A stretch of DNA of 64,000 nt from Octopus sinensis. Lineage: Eukaryota. The notes under the pieces were generated by a model. It had not been told where the DNA came from and ran no database searches. It worked only from the letters and a program-made list of their open reading frames with translations. Shown one piece after another: positions 40,540 through 54,870 of the stretch (positions are counted from its first letter, which is position 1; every line of letters begins with the position of its first letter). The DNA lies in contig NC_043000.1 in assembly GCF_006345805.1 (NCBI RefSeq), positions 5,394,001 through 5,458,000 on the forward strand, given 5' to 3'. Position numbers and translations under genes: made by a program.

Positions 40540-41070
40540 TATATATGCATGCATGTATGTATGTATGTATGTATGTATGTATGTATGTATGTATGTATAT
40601 ATGTATGTATGCATGTATGTATGTATGTATGTATGCATGCATGTATGTGTGTATGTATGTGTGTATGTATGTATGTATATATGTATGTTTGCATGCATGT
40701 ATGTATGTATGTATGCATGTATGTATGTATGTATGTATGTGTGTATGTATGTATGTATGTATATATGTATGTATGCATGCATGTATGTATGTATGTATAT
40801 ATGTATGTATGCATGTATGTATGTATGTATGTATGCATGCATGTATGTGTGTATGTATGCATGTATGTGTGTATGTATGTATATATGTATGTATGTATGT
40901 TTGTATGCATGTATGTATGTATGTATGTATGTATATATGTATGCATGCATGCATGTATGTATGTATGTATGTATGTATGTATGTATGTATGTATGTATGC
41001 ATGTATGTATGTATGCATGTATGCATGTATGTATGCATGTAAGCATGTATGCATGTATGTATGTATACGT
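40540..41070. repeat. (ATGT)n microsatellite
   Basis: Direct reading. Confidence 0.95.
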
Positions 41071-41692
41071 GTGTATATGGATACATACATCGCCACAAAC
41101 AGTGCATGCAATGGAGGCGTTTTATGCAGTAACTTCCACGTTTGGTTGTAGAATCAATAATTATATAATTATGTCTTTGGTAGTGGAAACACTACGTACG
41201 TAATTACACCGACTAATAGGAATGTATGTGTGTGTGTGTGCACGCGTATGTATGTAAAAGTACGTACATATAAATACTTACACGCACAGACACACATTGG
41301 TGCAAATACGTTTATACACATATACACTCATAGAAATGAATATTCTTTTAAGCTTTTATTCCTTTACTAGTTTCAGTCACTAGAGAGTGGCCATACTGGA
41401 GCATTGCCCTCAAGGGATTTGACGATTGCATTGAAATTCTCAATATATTATATATTTTATTGGCTAAGGGAGGATAAAAGGCAAAGCAGATCTGTGTATA
41501 TACATAGGCTCGCATGTGTGTATTTACACAATACACATATACGCGCGCATACATACACACACACATACATACATACATACATACATACATACATACATAC
41601 ATACATACATACATACATACACACACACATATATCCGTGCGTAATGCAAAAATATACTCATGAATATGTATGTATATATGTGTGTGTTTGTG

Positions 41693-41739
<47 letters not shown>

Positions 41740-41902
41740 TCGATATACATATACATATATGCATTCATACATACATACATACATACATATATATATATTA
41801 TATATTATATATATTATATATATATATATATTATATATAATAAGAGTTACGGAATGGAGTATGGAAAATCCGGGCTACACATCTTTCGTAGCGAGTGGAT
41901 AC

Positions 41903-41933
<31 letters not shown>

Positions 41934-41947
41934 CATGCATGCATATA

Positions 41948-43366
41948 CAGAGTGTCGCCAAAAAATCTATACGCACCATGACTGATTATGAAGTCAGTGC
42001 TTATTAAAACACATTTCATTTTCAAAATGCAATTGAAGCTACGGACAGAGTTTAATTTTCCATGAACTCCAGTTTTCAAACTGTTGACCAAACTGGTCCA
42101 GGCACCGACGACAACATGGAGCAATGGAATTGTAAACACCAAGAAACATTTCGTTCTGGATTTGTGCGCATTCTCGTTCAATGGCTGTCCTCAATTCGTC
42201 GAATGTTGCTGGTTTTGTAGCGTGGACTTAGGTGAAGAAAGAGTGTATTCTACTGAACCTCTTGCTGCAATCCACCTGTTAAGCAAGATCTCATCAAAAT
42301 TGACCGATATGGTAGTTTGGGAGTGCCTCGTCTTACTGGAAATAAAACTCTACAACTTCAAAGTCCTTTTGAATGCTCGCCGTGGCAAATTATCTCTGCA
42401 AGTTCAAGTAAATAGGATCAGTTAGAGTTCCGTCAAAAAACAATGGTTCAATTAATCCTTAAACTGCACCAAACTGTAACTCCTGGCAAATTAGTATTAT
42501 GTTCTTCCGTAATGTGGAGGTGCGTGCATTAGTGGTTAGGGTATCAGCATCACGATCGTAAGATTGTGGTTTCGATTCCTGGACCAGGCGACGCGTTGTA
42601 TTCTTGAGCAAAACACTTCATTTCACGTTGCTCCAGTCCACTCAGCTGGCAAAAATGAGTAACGCTGCGATGGACAGGCGTCCCGTCCAGCTGAGGAATA
42701 CATACGCCATTGAAACCGGGCCCATGAGCCTGGCTAGGCTTTAAAAGGGCGCTTTTATTATTATTGTTATTCTTCCATAATAATCATGTCCCGAGTGGAC
42801 GCAGTTGTGGCGATTATTGGTGCCACTAAAGATATATATGTAGCCTCATCAAACCAAACAAGTGTCCAACTTCTATTCATTATGCCGAGTAACATATGCC
42901 AGTCTCCATTTTGTGGCCCGGTTCGGATCGTCTTCTTTGAGGAAATGAACTATTCTTATAGTGTAACTTTTCCAATGAATGTCTTCAAAATACATTGGAC
43001 GTTTGATTTTGAAAATGCCCGTCTCACGATTCGCTTACCACACAGAATTTCTTCACCGCTAGCAACACGCTTCGAGAACTCTTTCTGGTTTTGTGGGGCT
43101 TATCCATGTCCGTGATCTGCTCCAAACTTATCTCTAATCCGAGCGATGGTAAGTCAGAAAGGTGGATCTGCTTGAAACTTTCCTCTAAACTGTTTTGCAC
43201 TTTGACTGCGTTTTTAAACTTTCAGTACCTCTTCAGTACATATTTCCCTTGTTCGAGGGTTACTCTGGTTCCCTTCGTTATTTATAATGGTTTAAATCGG
43301 AAAAGAAATTGAAATTAACTGAATTTTCAGATGTGAAAGTGTCTATATATTTTTGGCGAGACCATG
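41948..43366 (-). mobile_element. Decayed Tc1/mariner element, rosa (DD41D)-like, with an inserted SINE
   Basis: Imperfect TIRs cagagtgtcgccaaaaaat / atttttggcgagaccatg-TA. Minus-strand remnants TLEQGKYVLKRY, VWFDEAT, NLPGVTVWC, FYFQ*DEA, NRWIAARGSVE, TKPATFDELRTAIERECAQI. The third catalytic D region is deleted, so the family call rests on motif resemblance. Confidence 0.7.
42514..42769 (+). mobile_element. SINE family D (CORE-like plus V-domain-like), nested in the rosa-like transposon
   Basis: ttgagcaaaacacttcatttcacgttgctccagtccactcagctg and ctgcgatggacaggcgtcccgtccag; approximate TSD ttcttcc(g/a)taat. Another copy at 2967-3180. Confidence 0.85.
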
Positions 43367-43391
43367 TACATACAAATATGCATGTATTTAC

Positions 43392-43435
<44 letters not shown>

Positions 43436-43436
43436 G

Positions 43437-43507
<71 letters not shown>

Positions 43508-43571
43508 ATATATACATATATATAATATATATTATATATATATATAATATATATATAATCCTATTTCTCTT

Positions 43572-43602
<31 letters not shown>

Positions 43603-43697
43603 CATATCTATGTATGTATATAGATGGATAGATATATACATGCAAATATGTGTGATTGCGCGAACGTGTATGTGTGTGCGCACGCGTTTTTGTATGC

Positions 43698-43729
<32 letters not shown>

Positions 43730-44002
43730 ATAATATATAAAACAGATATGTATATCATATGTATATCTAACACATTCATACGTACACGCACACACGCACG
43801 CATGCGCACACATACACACACATACACATACACGCCCGCGCATACGCGCATTTGAGTTGGTCCCATGGAGAAAATTCGTTCTTAATTTCTTGGACTACTG
43901 CTCTCAAATATGAAATTAACAAGCAATCACGTACCTGGCGGATCCCCAGCAAGGCCGCAAACAGCCTCTGGCTGAAGCAAATAACAGTACAGGAGTTTTG
44001 TG

Positions 44003-44034
<32 letters not shown>

Positions 44035-44044
44035 TGTATATCTA

Positions 44045-44125
<81 letters not shown>

Positions 44126-44137
44126 GTCTGTCTGTCT

Positions 44138-44248
<111 letters not shown>

Positions 44249-44566
44249 GTCTGTCTGTCTATCTATCTATCTATCAATGTTTCAGATTGTTGAAACGTTA
44301 ACCCCAACACATTTTTCTCTCTCTTTTTTTTTTTTTTTCATTTTCCCTCCACTTCTTCCCTCTCAATCCTTTCTGACGAAAAGCGTAGTCTCGAAACGTC
44401 AAAGATTTTTCTATTCTTCGTCCTTTGTTTTCTGTAAATTTGAACTACATATATATAATGTAAACACACACACACATACATACATACATACATACATACA
44501 TACATACATACATACATACATACATACATACATACATCCATACACGCGCACAAAAAACACACATAA

Positions 44567-44597
<31 letters not shown>

Positions 44598-45219
44598 GAA
44601 AAACAGACAGACAGACAGATATATCAGATACCAAATTACTGATTAATTAAAATTTATGTCGACCTCTAGAGAATGAATCATTATTACCATATCACAATTA
44701 AGACCAGCTCCTCTTAAGAATGGGAACTAATCTCATAATCGAAGAATTCTCCATAGTTAGCATGCCATAAGGGATAACGATAAGCTTATTGTCTGGAAAG
44801 AAGAGAAGAGTCGCGGAGACATGTTTCTGGGTCAACTGCCCTTGTCAACATGACAACTGTCCGAACATATTTGCAGTAACGAAGGGATCAATAATTTATG
44901 TTGTAAGGTATTTGATATACTTGTATTTATCAATGTTGTTCAAATATAAGCTACTGGTTATTCTAAGTTTATTCTCGTAGCTCACTTTTGCTTCAATAAG
45001 GCAAATTCTTTCGGCCGTATATACGTTCTACTCTTCTTCGTATAAGTTTAAGTACTTTGGTTACTGAAGACAAGGTCGAAAAATTATTATGCCAAAAATG
45101 CTGTTAAATCTGAAACACGTTCCATGCTTGTTCTCTTACCTTTAGACACCAAGTCTTTTCTTTACCTAGATGGCATCTTTTATCTTTATCGTCTATCTTT
45201 ATCTTTATCGTCTATTGTA

Positions 45220-45573
45220 TTGGGTTGTCCGGAAAGTTCGTGCCTATTTTTAAAGGAAAGAAAAAGGTCAATAAATACTTGCCATTACATTTTTAATCAA
45301 CCAAGTATGAACCATTTTGTTGCACAATGCGTCTCCATCTTTCCTTTAACTTGAAAATACCCTCTTCCCAGAATTGAGGTGGTTTCATGGCAAAGAATTC
45401 ACCAAGGTATCTTTTTACGTCATCCAAGGAATTAAAATTTTTACCATTAAGACTTTTCTGCAAAGACCTGAATAAGTGGAAATCCGAAGGAGCAATATCT
45501 GGTGAATATAGAGGGTGGGGTAACACATCCCAGCCGAGCTGCATCAATTTTTGTCTGGTTCCCAAAGCATCAA
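45220..45573 (-). mobile_element. mariner 3' fragment with one TIR
   Basis: ORF 45293-45565: LGWDVLPHPLYSPDIAPSDFHLFRSLQ...WEEGIFKLKERW; TIR TA-ttgggttgtccggaaagttcg. Confidence 0.9.
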
Positions 45574-46024
45574 GTGCCGAAAATGAACTTTCTTATCTTC
45601 CATTTTAAAGAGTTACAAAATTAACACAGGTTATAGAAACATAAACCTTCTTCCGTGAAAAGATAGCTTAAACTGTGCTCTAAATGGCGGTGTAGTCAAG
45701 GACTCAACCATGTTCTAAGATAAGTCGAAAGGTAAACAACTATAAATCGGCACGATCTTGTCTATGTTGTTCAAATATTAACTACTGGCTCTTCTAAGCT
45801 AATTCTCTTAGCTCACTTTTGCTTCTATCATGCAAATTATCTTGAACATATATGTGTTCTACACTTTTGTATAAGTCTAAGCACTTTGGCTACTGAAGAC
45901 AAGGTCGAACAATTACTATGCTAATGATGGTTGTTGAGGCTGAAACAATTGTCTATGTCCTCTTACCTTCAGACATTAAGCCTTTTCATTTCCTCAATAG
46001 CATCTTTTATCTTTAATCGTCTAC

Positions 46025-46406
46025 ATTTTACTTGTTTGCGGTCATGATGGAGCACGGCCTTGAAAAGTTTTTAGGCAAATGAATCTACCCAGTACTCATT
46101 ATTTTTAGCCAGGTATTTATTCTATCGGACTCTTTTGCCGAACCTGTAAGTTAGAAGGCCGTAAACACACCAATACCGATTGTCAAGCGGTGATAGGGGA
46201 CAATAAAAGAAACAAAGATACACACACGTGTATATGTGTGTGTGTGTGTGTAAGACGCGTTTCTTTCAGTTTCCGTACACCAAATCCACTCACGAGACTT
46301 TTTGTCGACCCGAAGCTGCAGTAAAAGGCACTTGCTCAAGAGTGCCACGCAGGTGGACTGAACCCGGAACCATGTAGTTGTGAAGCAAGCTTCTTACCAC
46401 ACAGCC
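46025..46406 (-). mobile_element. SINE family A
   Basis: Diverged near full-length copy. Confidence 0.85.
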
Positions 46407-46643
46407 AACTTTTAAACAATCTTCGAACTTTCAGATTATCTCCCCTTATCATACAAAGCTGGCGTTAATTACCATTTGGTAATCATGATACATCCTCAGT
46501 AGGCGGAAATAATTTTAATAAATCAAAAAATTAATTTGAATGGTATATCATTTACATGCGTTTGTCTATGTTGTTCAAATTCAAATACATAACATAGTCC
46601 ACTCTGAGTAGTTCTATTGTGTGTGTATGTATGTATATATATA

Positions 46644-46846
46644 TCACTTTGACCGACCAGTCCGTCAGGCGTCCATTTGACACCGCTGGTCACAGCACGC
46701 TGTCCACTCCTCTCTGGATCGCGCCTTTCTCATCCACGTGATCCCAATCGTCCTCTTGAAATCGTCACTCCACCGTCGTGGAGGTCTTCGGGTGGTCTTT
46801 TCCGCTCACGCGGGTACCACTCGACAACTGCGTGCGTCCACCGATT
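46644..46846 (-). mobile_element. RTE-clade LINE 3' fragment
   Basis: Translates NRWTHAVVEWYPRERKRPP/(G)RPPRRWSDDFKRTIGITWMRKARSREEW...* with one 1-bp deletion; this is the typical RTE WxP..GRPxxRWxD C-terminus. Confidence 0.85.
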
Positions 46847-46874
46847 ATAATATATATATAATATGATATATTAT

Positions 46875-46908
<34 letters not shown>

Positions 46909-47483
46909 ATATATGTGTGTGTAAATATGCCATTTGAATATGGCTAACCCCTAAGAGTGGATGCTACAGTAGTTTTTAGCCCCAGGAAGACATCTCCTCC
47001 AGCTGGCTATAGACACACTTTCTGTGTCCTATCGGTATTTGCAAAGGGAAGCCACCCATCCCGTCTTCAACTTATGATACACACGGACACGAGTTTCAAG
47101 GTATATATATATATACATACACACATGCCTGCGTACACATACACGCACACGCACATGCTCACACACACATACTCACGCGCGCATGCAAGCGTTTTTGTGT
47201 GAAGTTCTATATTACTAGAAATTATTTTAAAATTCAACTTAAGAATAAATGAACTGGAAAATTGGCGAGAAAAGTGATGAGTGATGCAAGCTTGACACCA
47301 AACCTGACTATTTACGTTAGGCTATTGTCTGTTACAAAAGTAGTTATGTACACAGTTATGTCGAGCTCTGCTTCAAATGAATACTTTACTTTAACAATCA
47401 ATACATCGGTAGAACTTCTTACTGCATGACTAGTTTAATGAATTAATGAGCATGCACACAGCAATGTGTGTACATATGCGTGT

Positions 47484-47489
<6 letters not shown>

Positions 47490-47525
<36 letters not shown>

Positions 47526-47652
47526 ATCTATCTATATCTATCTATCTACCTATCTATCTATCTACCTATCTATATCTATCTATCTACCTATCTATCTATC
47601 TACCTATCTATATCTATCTATCTATCTACCTATCTATCTATCTACCTATCTA

Positions 47653-47702
<50 letters not shown>

Positions 47703-47748
47703 CCTATCTATATCTATCTATCTACCTATCTATCTATCTACCTATCTA

Positions 47749-47794
<46 letters not shown>

Positions 47795-47795
47795 C

Positions 47796-47827
<32 letters not shown>

Positions 47828-47845
47828 TTATCTACCTATCTATCA

Positions 47846-47891
<46 letters not shown>

Positions 47892-47935
47892 TTATCTACC
47901 TATCTATCAATCTATCTATCTATCTATATATATAT
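47490..47935. repeat. (CT)n plus (CTAT)n compound microsatellite
   Basis: Direct reading; similar tracts at 29880-30190, 43390-43510 and 44010-44275. Confidence 0.95.
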
Positions 47936-48175
47936 AAAAATATATATAAATATACAGAGAGAGAGACAGAGAGAGAAAGAAAAAGAAAACTTCATACACA
48001 AGAGCATGGAAGTTTGCACAGTTACGGACTCACATACGCACATACACATAAATAGAGAGATAGATAGATAGAGGTATATATGCGAACATATATATATATA
48101 TACATACATACATACATATATATATAAATAGCCACATGCATTCATGCAATATATTCTTTTATTTCTTTTATTCTT

Positions 48176-48229
<54 letters not shown>

Positions 48230-48275
48230 CACATATTTATATACATATATATATATATACTTTATATATATATCG

Positions 48276-48316
<41 letters not shown>

Positions 48317-48919
48317 CACACATATACACACAGACGTGCGCGCATAAATACATACACACAAGCTTACACACGTACATACATATTCACACACAAGTTTTTC
48401 GTACACTATATAACCATATTTATATGCTGGTAAAATATCTCTGTTGATTTTTCTTACATTATAATTATTTGGAAACATTATAATTATGGGTTTTGAATTC
48501 TTTGATAAGAATTTTGTTTGAAAGTATCTCAGGTATGTGCACGCATGTGATTAAATAGAGAGTGCGTTTGCGCGTGTGTATTTGTATGTATGTGCTGTCA
48601 ACATACAAGCGTGTGTAAATAATCATTGCGTTTGTAACGACGCGTACAGAATGACCACTTTTAAAATTACACATCTGATAGAAAATATGTATACGTGTTA
48701 CATGCGTATACGTGTTCCCATGTATGAATATGTTTTTATTCTTTGAAATGTTCCTGTAACGAGGTGGGTTGGTTTCCAACTGAGAAATTTCAGTAATTTA
48801 GATTACATCAATAGCAAAGTGTACCGCGTTGAATTTTAAAGAATACTTCTATGTGTTTATCGTTCCATTTATGTATGGACTTTTTAGAATATATACTTAA
48901 ATGGTCGCTTTTCTATTAC

Positions 48920-49019
48920 NNNNNNNNNNNNNNNNNNNNNNNNNNNNNNNNNNNNNNNNNNNNNNNNNNNNNNNNNNNNNNNNNNNNNNNNNNNNNNNNN
49001 NNNNNNNNNNNNNNNNNNN
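48920..49019. other. Assembly gap (100 N)
   Basis: Run of n. Confidence 1.
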
Positions 49020-49325
49020 TGTGTGTATAATATTGTAAGCAAAGACTTTCGTGTCGCTCTTTCTCCGTACTTATCAAGCCTCCGGGTTTGTTTACAAATA
49101 TTTATAGTAGTACTAGACAGTTACGCACCTCTACATAAAATTGACTGAAATTTATGAGTGACTGTCTGGTTCAATCTGATGCGCATGGAGCTATGTTAGC
49201 GTTGATATGTGGGTTCGAATCTAGCCTGGGTAAGCTTATCATTTTCAGTCAAGTGTTTAGATAATGCCGCTTTAATCAGGGTATAAATATTCTTATGATG
49301 ATATATTATATATAGTTTATATGTT

Positions 49326-49388
<63 letters not shown>

Positions 49389-50494
49389 GTGTGTGTGTGT
49401 ATAAAGCTTGTGTATGCATGTCTAGGTGAATAGATTCGGATTTCTGCATAATTATGGATGTGCATGTATGGTCGTACCTATACATATCATGTGTGAATAA
49501 GTATACCTTGGTTAATATGTATATATATACTGTATGTTTGTATATATCTTACTGTCTATAACACATAATGTAGGCCACATTCTTTAATGTTTCACATATT
49601 TTCACAGTTCAATTAATTGCTTGTGCTTTTTACGTTTTTTATTATTAATCGTATTCTAGCCAGTTTTATTAGACACACCTTCTCGAGATTGGTATATAAG
49701 CAGTTAAGTATATAACCAGGTTTATGTTTAATAGAAATAGCGATTAGCTTGAAGTCTTGGATTTTGCTGGATAAAACTATTTAGTAATTAATGTAAAAAC
49801 AAATTACGAACTTTTTGCGTACGTCATCTGCATTTAAATTATCTTAATTCTTAAATTTAGTTAATAAAGCTTAATCTCCGTCAATAGATTTTTTACGTTA
49901 CTTCCCTTAACTCAAGTCTGTTTAATATCACGCAATACCCTGATGGCCTAAAAAACCTGGAAATCCTTTCTCTTTATGTACTAAAAAAACCCCCTTCTAT
50001 TGTCAACTTATCACATGTCTGCTTACTATGCTTCGATAATATAAAAACACGGCCATTGCTCTCAGATCTGGCTAACAAAAATCAGACTTTCACATACACT
50101 TGAGACATAAATTATTTCAATTAATTCTTAATTTCATGAAAATATCTTCCGTTTACCTTCTGAGTCGCAAACGACCGCGAAGAGTTTTTAGGTTTCTTAT
50201 ACAAGCTGATGGGTAACTTTCGATTTATTAGGAAGAATCCTGAGAATGTCAATTAGTGCGTCTGCATCTGTTTCATTTTCCAACGGTCCAATTAAACAAA
50301 CAGTCACTTACATACAAATTCAATCAGTGACAGTACACTAGCATATTGTACAACATCCAGTGACGAACAACGTGCGAAAATTTGAAATATACTTATTGAA
50401 TTATAACCGAATACTGCCAACAATAAACTGTATTACTTTAACAGAATATACAAATCACTGTTAGCCTAGCTTTCATTTGCAATGCCAATGTGTA

Positions 50495-50536
<42 letters not shown>

Positions 50537-50541
50537 TAGAT

Positions 50542-50595
<54 letters not shown>

Positions 50596-50688
50596 AAGAT
50601 AGATAGATAGGGAGAGAGATTAGATGTATATATATAATATATATATATATACATATATATATATACATATATATTAATATATATATAC

Positions 50689-50719
<31 letters not shown>

Positions 50720-51101
50720 GACAGAGAGAGAGAGAGAGAGAGGAGAGAGAGATACATACACACACTATATATACGAACACACACCACATATATAGATAGA
50801 AAGCTAGATACTACATACATACATACATACATACAAAAATTCGCCCATTATATATTTATACTTACATACGAATATATACAAGTAAGTATACGATATGCAT
50901 ATACATATATATATCTATGTATAAATGCATATATATACGTATATGTGTATATGTACTGATGTATGTATGTGTATGTATGCATATTTGATAATACTTATAC
51001 CCAATAATTGTGTAGTAAAAGGAATATACTAATGTTATATATATATATATATATTCTTTATATATATATATATATATCTTATATATATATATATATATAT
51101 A

Positions 51102-51971
51102 TCTTTATATATATAAAACTGAGAATGTGTGTCTGTCTGTGTGTTTCCCTAAAACTTGAGAACTACATAACCAATTTCATTCAAATTTTACACATGCTTA
51201 CTTAGGGTCCATGTTCAACTTCTTGTCTAGAGCGAGCCCATAGCAATATCATATCTCTCCACTATTTCAGTATTACGTGTTAAAAGTGAAACAAAAATAT
51301 TTCTCTATTTTATGTCAGATACTTTCACTTTAACAATAAAAATAATAATAACAATTGAATTATATGTAGTAAGTAATAATTAAAATCAAACTAAAGTATA
51401 ATATAATCAAGATATAGATTCGTAATGCATCTTACGGCTGTGCCTGTCACCTGGATGGTGAGGAATCCTACATTGGGAGTGGTAACGACTAGGGTAAGGT
51501 AACTGACTGCTTATTGTGATCATTCGTCTTTTGGTTTCTGTAGCTTTACTCTCTTTTACGAACCCAGTGAACATATATTTCCTATTTCAAAGAAATTCAA
51601 ACAATAGATATAAGACCCAAGTTAAAAAGATTTTCAACAATTCAACTTCTCTGGTTGACATTAAGATGCCCACCCCCAACAGGGGCCTTAACTCTCACAT
51701 TTTAGAGCTCCATGACCTTCATTTTTCAGGAGCAAAATCTTTTTAACAGGTTCAATAAGACTGGAATTTTGGAATATGCGCATAAAAATCAGTATTATGG
51801 AATACATGTGGCCCGATTACAATTTTTCAGGGTGCGTAAAGAGTGAAATAACCCTCATCTGCAATTTTGATGAAATTCGAAGCATAGATATTCCAGTTCA
51901 TTACAGAAGATATAACAGAAAAGTATATTCTCCAATTGAATGTAACCGGGCAACGCCGGGTATCTCTGCTA

Positions 51972-51972
<1 letters not shown>
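51102..51972 (+). mobile_element. Non-autonomous Helitron
   Basis: 5' A|TCtttatatatataaaactgagaatgtgtgtctgtctg; 3' ccgggcaacgccggg hairpin about 10 nt before CTAG. Whether both ends belong to one element is not certain. Confidence 0.65.
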
Positions 51973-52039
<67 letters not shown>

Positions 52040-52239
52040 CGAGGGGTTGCTGAAAAATTCCTGGCTTTAAGGGTATCGCGAAAGGCCGGACTAGAGGTTC
52101 AACCTTCCGAGTTCTTTTACAAGGTTTAGAAAATCTGAAGTCTGTGAATCTAAAGGTAGAATATGTTGAATAAAATCATAATTAACTAATCCTCCTGCAT
52201 TTACTTTTATCCAAGGCCAGGAACTTTTCAGCACCCTTG
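52040..52239 (+). mobile_element. mariner-derived MITE (same family as 3221-3437)
   Basis: TIRs cgaggggttgctgaaaaattcctgg / ccaggaacttttcagcacccttg, inserted in (TA)n. Confidence 0.8.
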
Positions 52240-52410
52240 AATATATAAATCTATACATCCATATATGACCTACAGACATTTGATCGAAAACATTTGATTG
52301 AAAATTCACTGAACAAGATAAAAATTTTTGGTTCATATATTGAAATCAACAATTAATCAAATTATAAGAAATTATTTAAATAATTTCATTTCTAAATTTT
52401 ATATTCTCAC

Positions 52411-52589
52411 GTCAGTGTTTGACTGCAGCCATGCTGGAGCACCGCCTTTTAGTCGAGAAAATCTACCCCAGGACTTATTCTTTGTAAGTCTAGTACTTAT
52501 TCTAACGGTCTCTCTTACAGAACCGCTAAGTGACGGAAATGTAAACACACCAGCGTCGGTTGTCAAGCGATGTTGGGGGGAAAAACACA

Positions 52590-52645
<56 letters not shown>

Positions 52646-52808
52646 CGACAGACTTCTTTCAGTTTCTGTCTACCAAATCCACTCACAAGGCTTTGGTCGG
52701 CCCGATGCTATAGTAGAAGATACTTGCCCAAGGTGCTTCGCAGTGGGATTCAGCCTGGAACCATGTGGTTAGTAAGCAAGCTTCTAACCACACCTCTACT
52801 CCTGCGCC
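52411..52808 (-). mobile_element. SINE family A
   Basis: Near full-length copy. Confidence 0.85.
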
Positions 52809-54425
52809 TATCATCACTTTCCTCTCTCTCTCTTCTGCATTTATGTCTCTATCTTCATGTGTTTTCCATTCTCTATCTCTCTCTTTTTCCCTATTCCAGA
52901 AAGAGAGAGAGAGTGTAAGTAAGTGAGAGACAGACAGACAGACAAAAAGAATAGCAAGAAGAGGGGGTGAAGCAAAGAGAAAGAAGGAAAAATATCGAAA
53001 TATTAGAGGCACTGAAGGAGGGAGAAAAACGGAGTTTATTCACCTACATATATAATAAGAGTGAAAATCTTAAAACTCTCTTTCAAGTATTGAGTTCTTT
53101 TTACACGTCCTTGTATGTATCCATACAGAAAGACATTTTTCTGATACATGTAGATTTCTTTATACATGTGGATTACATTATTTCAAAGGGGTTACACACA
53201 TTTTCAGTCTACCCAGTTTTCCTCACAAGGGCTGGGATCAGTCAGATACCATGGTAGAAGGCATTGTGCGGTGAACAGAACAGAGCGTCTAGTTAGTTAC
53301 GAAGTCGACTTCTCAGTCATTCAAACATGTCTGTATCTTCAGCGACAAAGTAATCCTGGTAGAGAGTACATCGAGCAGTTGCTGTTCATAAATTTGAGAG
53401 ATACCACGAATTAAACTGAAGTCTTCTATCTTTAAATTACATACAGCTGTGTTCTGGTATAATCCGGATTGGCATTATTCTCGAAAGCCTATTTTACACA
53501 TCGGTTTGGTTTCATTTTTCAAAAGCATATGTGAAGTCTCTGATCGTTCAAATTTAAGGTTGAAATCCTTATCACATGCAGTTTAGTCCGATTAATCGAT
53601 TTTCTTTTTCTCCTCGCTACATGAAATCCCTTTTTCTCAACCTTTCTTTCGTTTAGATGCTCGTCTTTCTCTAGTATCGAATGGACACAAGCCGAGAAAC
53701 ACATAAACACATACACGCCAACAATAATTTCCTGTAGAAAAGAATTAAAATAGTTAGAAAGAGAAAATAAAACGTTCTTAAAATTGTTATAGACACAACT
53801 CTCTTATTTTTATTTCCAAACAAATTAAATTACCAGCACGTTGGTGAAACATAACTTCGTTAAACTAACCACCAAACATGGCGCATGTATAAAATTTCAC
53901 TGCTTAAATCAATCCACACACACACTTTCAAAATATTAATCTGTGTGTGACTTCCTAATCTAGAACTATACGTATTTTAGCTTTTATTATTTTTTGCTTT
54001 TTATCCGATAGTTAAATATATTTGATACTTCCATGTCGTGTCTTGCTTTCTCGTATTCTTTAGTTGATAAGAGATTTTCTTGCCCAAATAAATAAATAAA
54101 TAAACAAATAATAGTATTTCCAATATAAATATCCAATGCGAAAGTTCAAAATTGTCAATAATTCTTCCAGTAGTTCTTGGTTGAATCAATATTTTTATAT
54201 GATATCAAATATATTTGTCCCTAAATCTTATGGCCTTTTATGGAAATTTACATTGTGTTGACGTCATAAGAATTTAGAAACTTCAAGAACGTGAAACAAT
54301 CCTTTTTAGGAACAATGAATCTCGAAGCTAAGAAAACTGTGAAAAATAGCCTTGGAAGGCTTCGTCTTTGTCTATCCAAGGTGTTTTTAATCCAGTACCT
54401 CCATGCTATTACTAAAGCCTTGTTT

Positions 54426-54870
54426 AAGGCGGCGAGCTGGCAGAATCGTTATCACGCTGGGCAAAATGCTGCGCGGCATTCCGTCCGTCCTTACGTTCTG
54501 AGGTCAAATTCTGCCGAGGTCGACTTTGCTTTTCAGCCTTTCGGGGTCGATGAAATAAGTACCAGTTAAGTCGATGTAATCGACTAGCCATCTCCCCCAA
54601 ATTTCAGGCCTTGTACCAATAGTAGAAAGGATTATTAAAGCCTTGTTTAAGGCGATTAGCTGGCAGAGTCGTTAGCACTCGAGGCAAAATGCTTAGCGGT
54701 GTCTCGCCCGTCCTTACGTTCTGAATTCAAATTCCGCCGAGGTTTATTTTGCTTTTCATCCTTTCGGGGTCGATAAAATAAGTACTTGTTGATCTCTGGG
54801 GTCGATGTAAGCGACTTATCCCCTCCCCTGAAATTGCTAGCCTTGTGCTAAACTCTGAAACATAAATAGT
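54426..54870 (+). mobile_element. Head-to-tail dimer of SINE family B
   Basis: Two copies, each preceded by taaagccttgttt. Confidence 0.85.

Noticed and set aside
45063-45085. ctgaagacaaggtcgaaa as a hammerhead (also at about 45892)
   Set aside because: No valid stem II outside the core and no stem III or NUH pairing.
49800-50420. Decayed coding-like stretch on the minus strand
   Set aside because: Multiple stops and no motif that could be assigned to a family.
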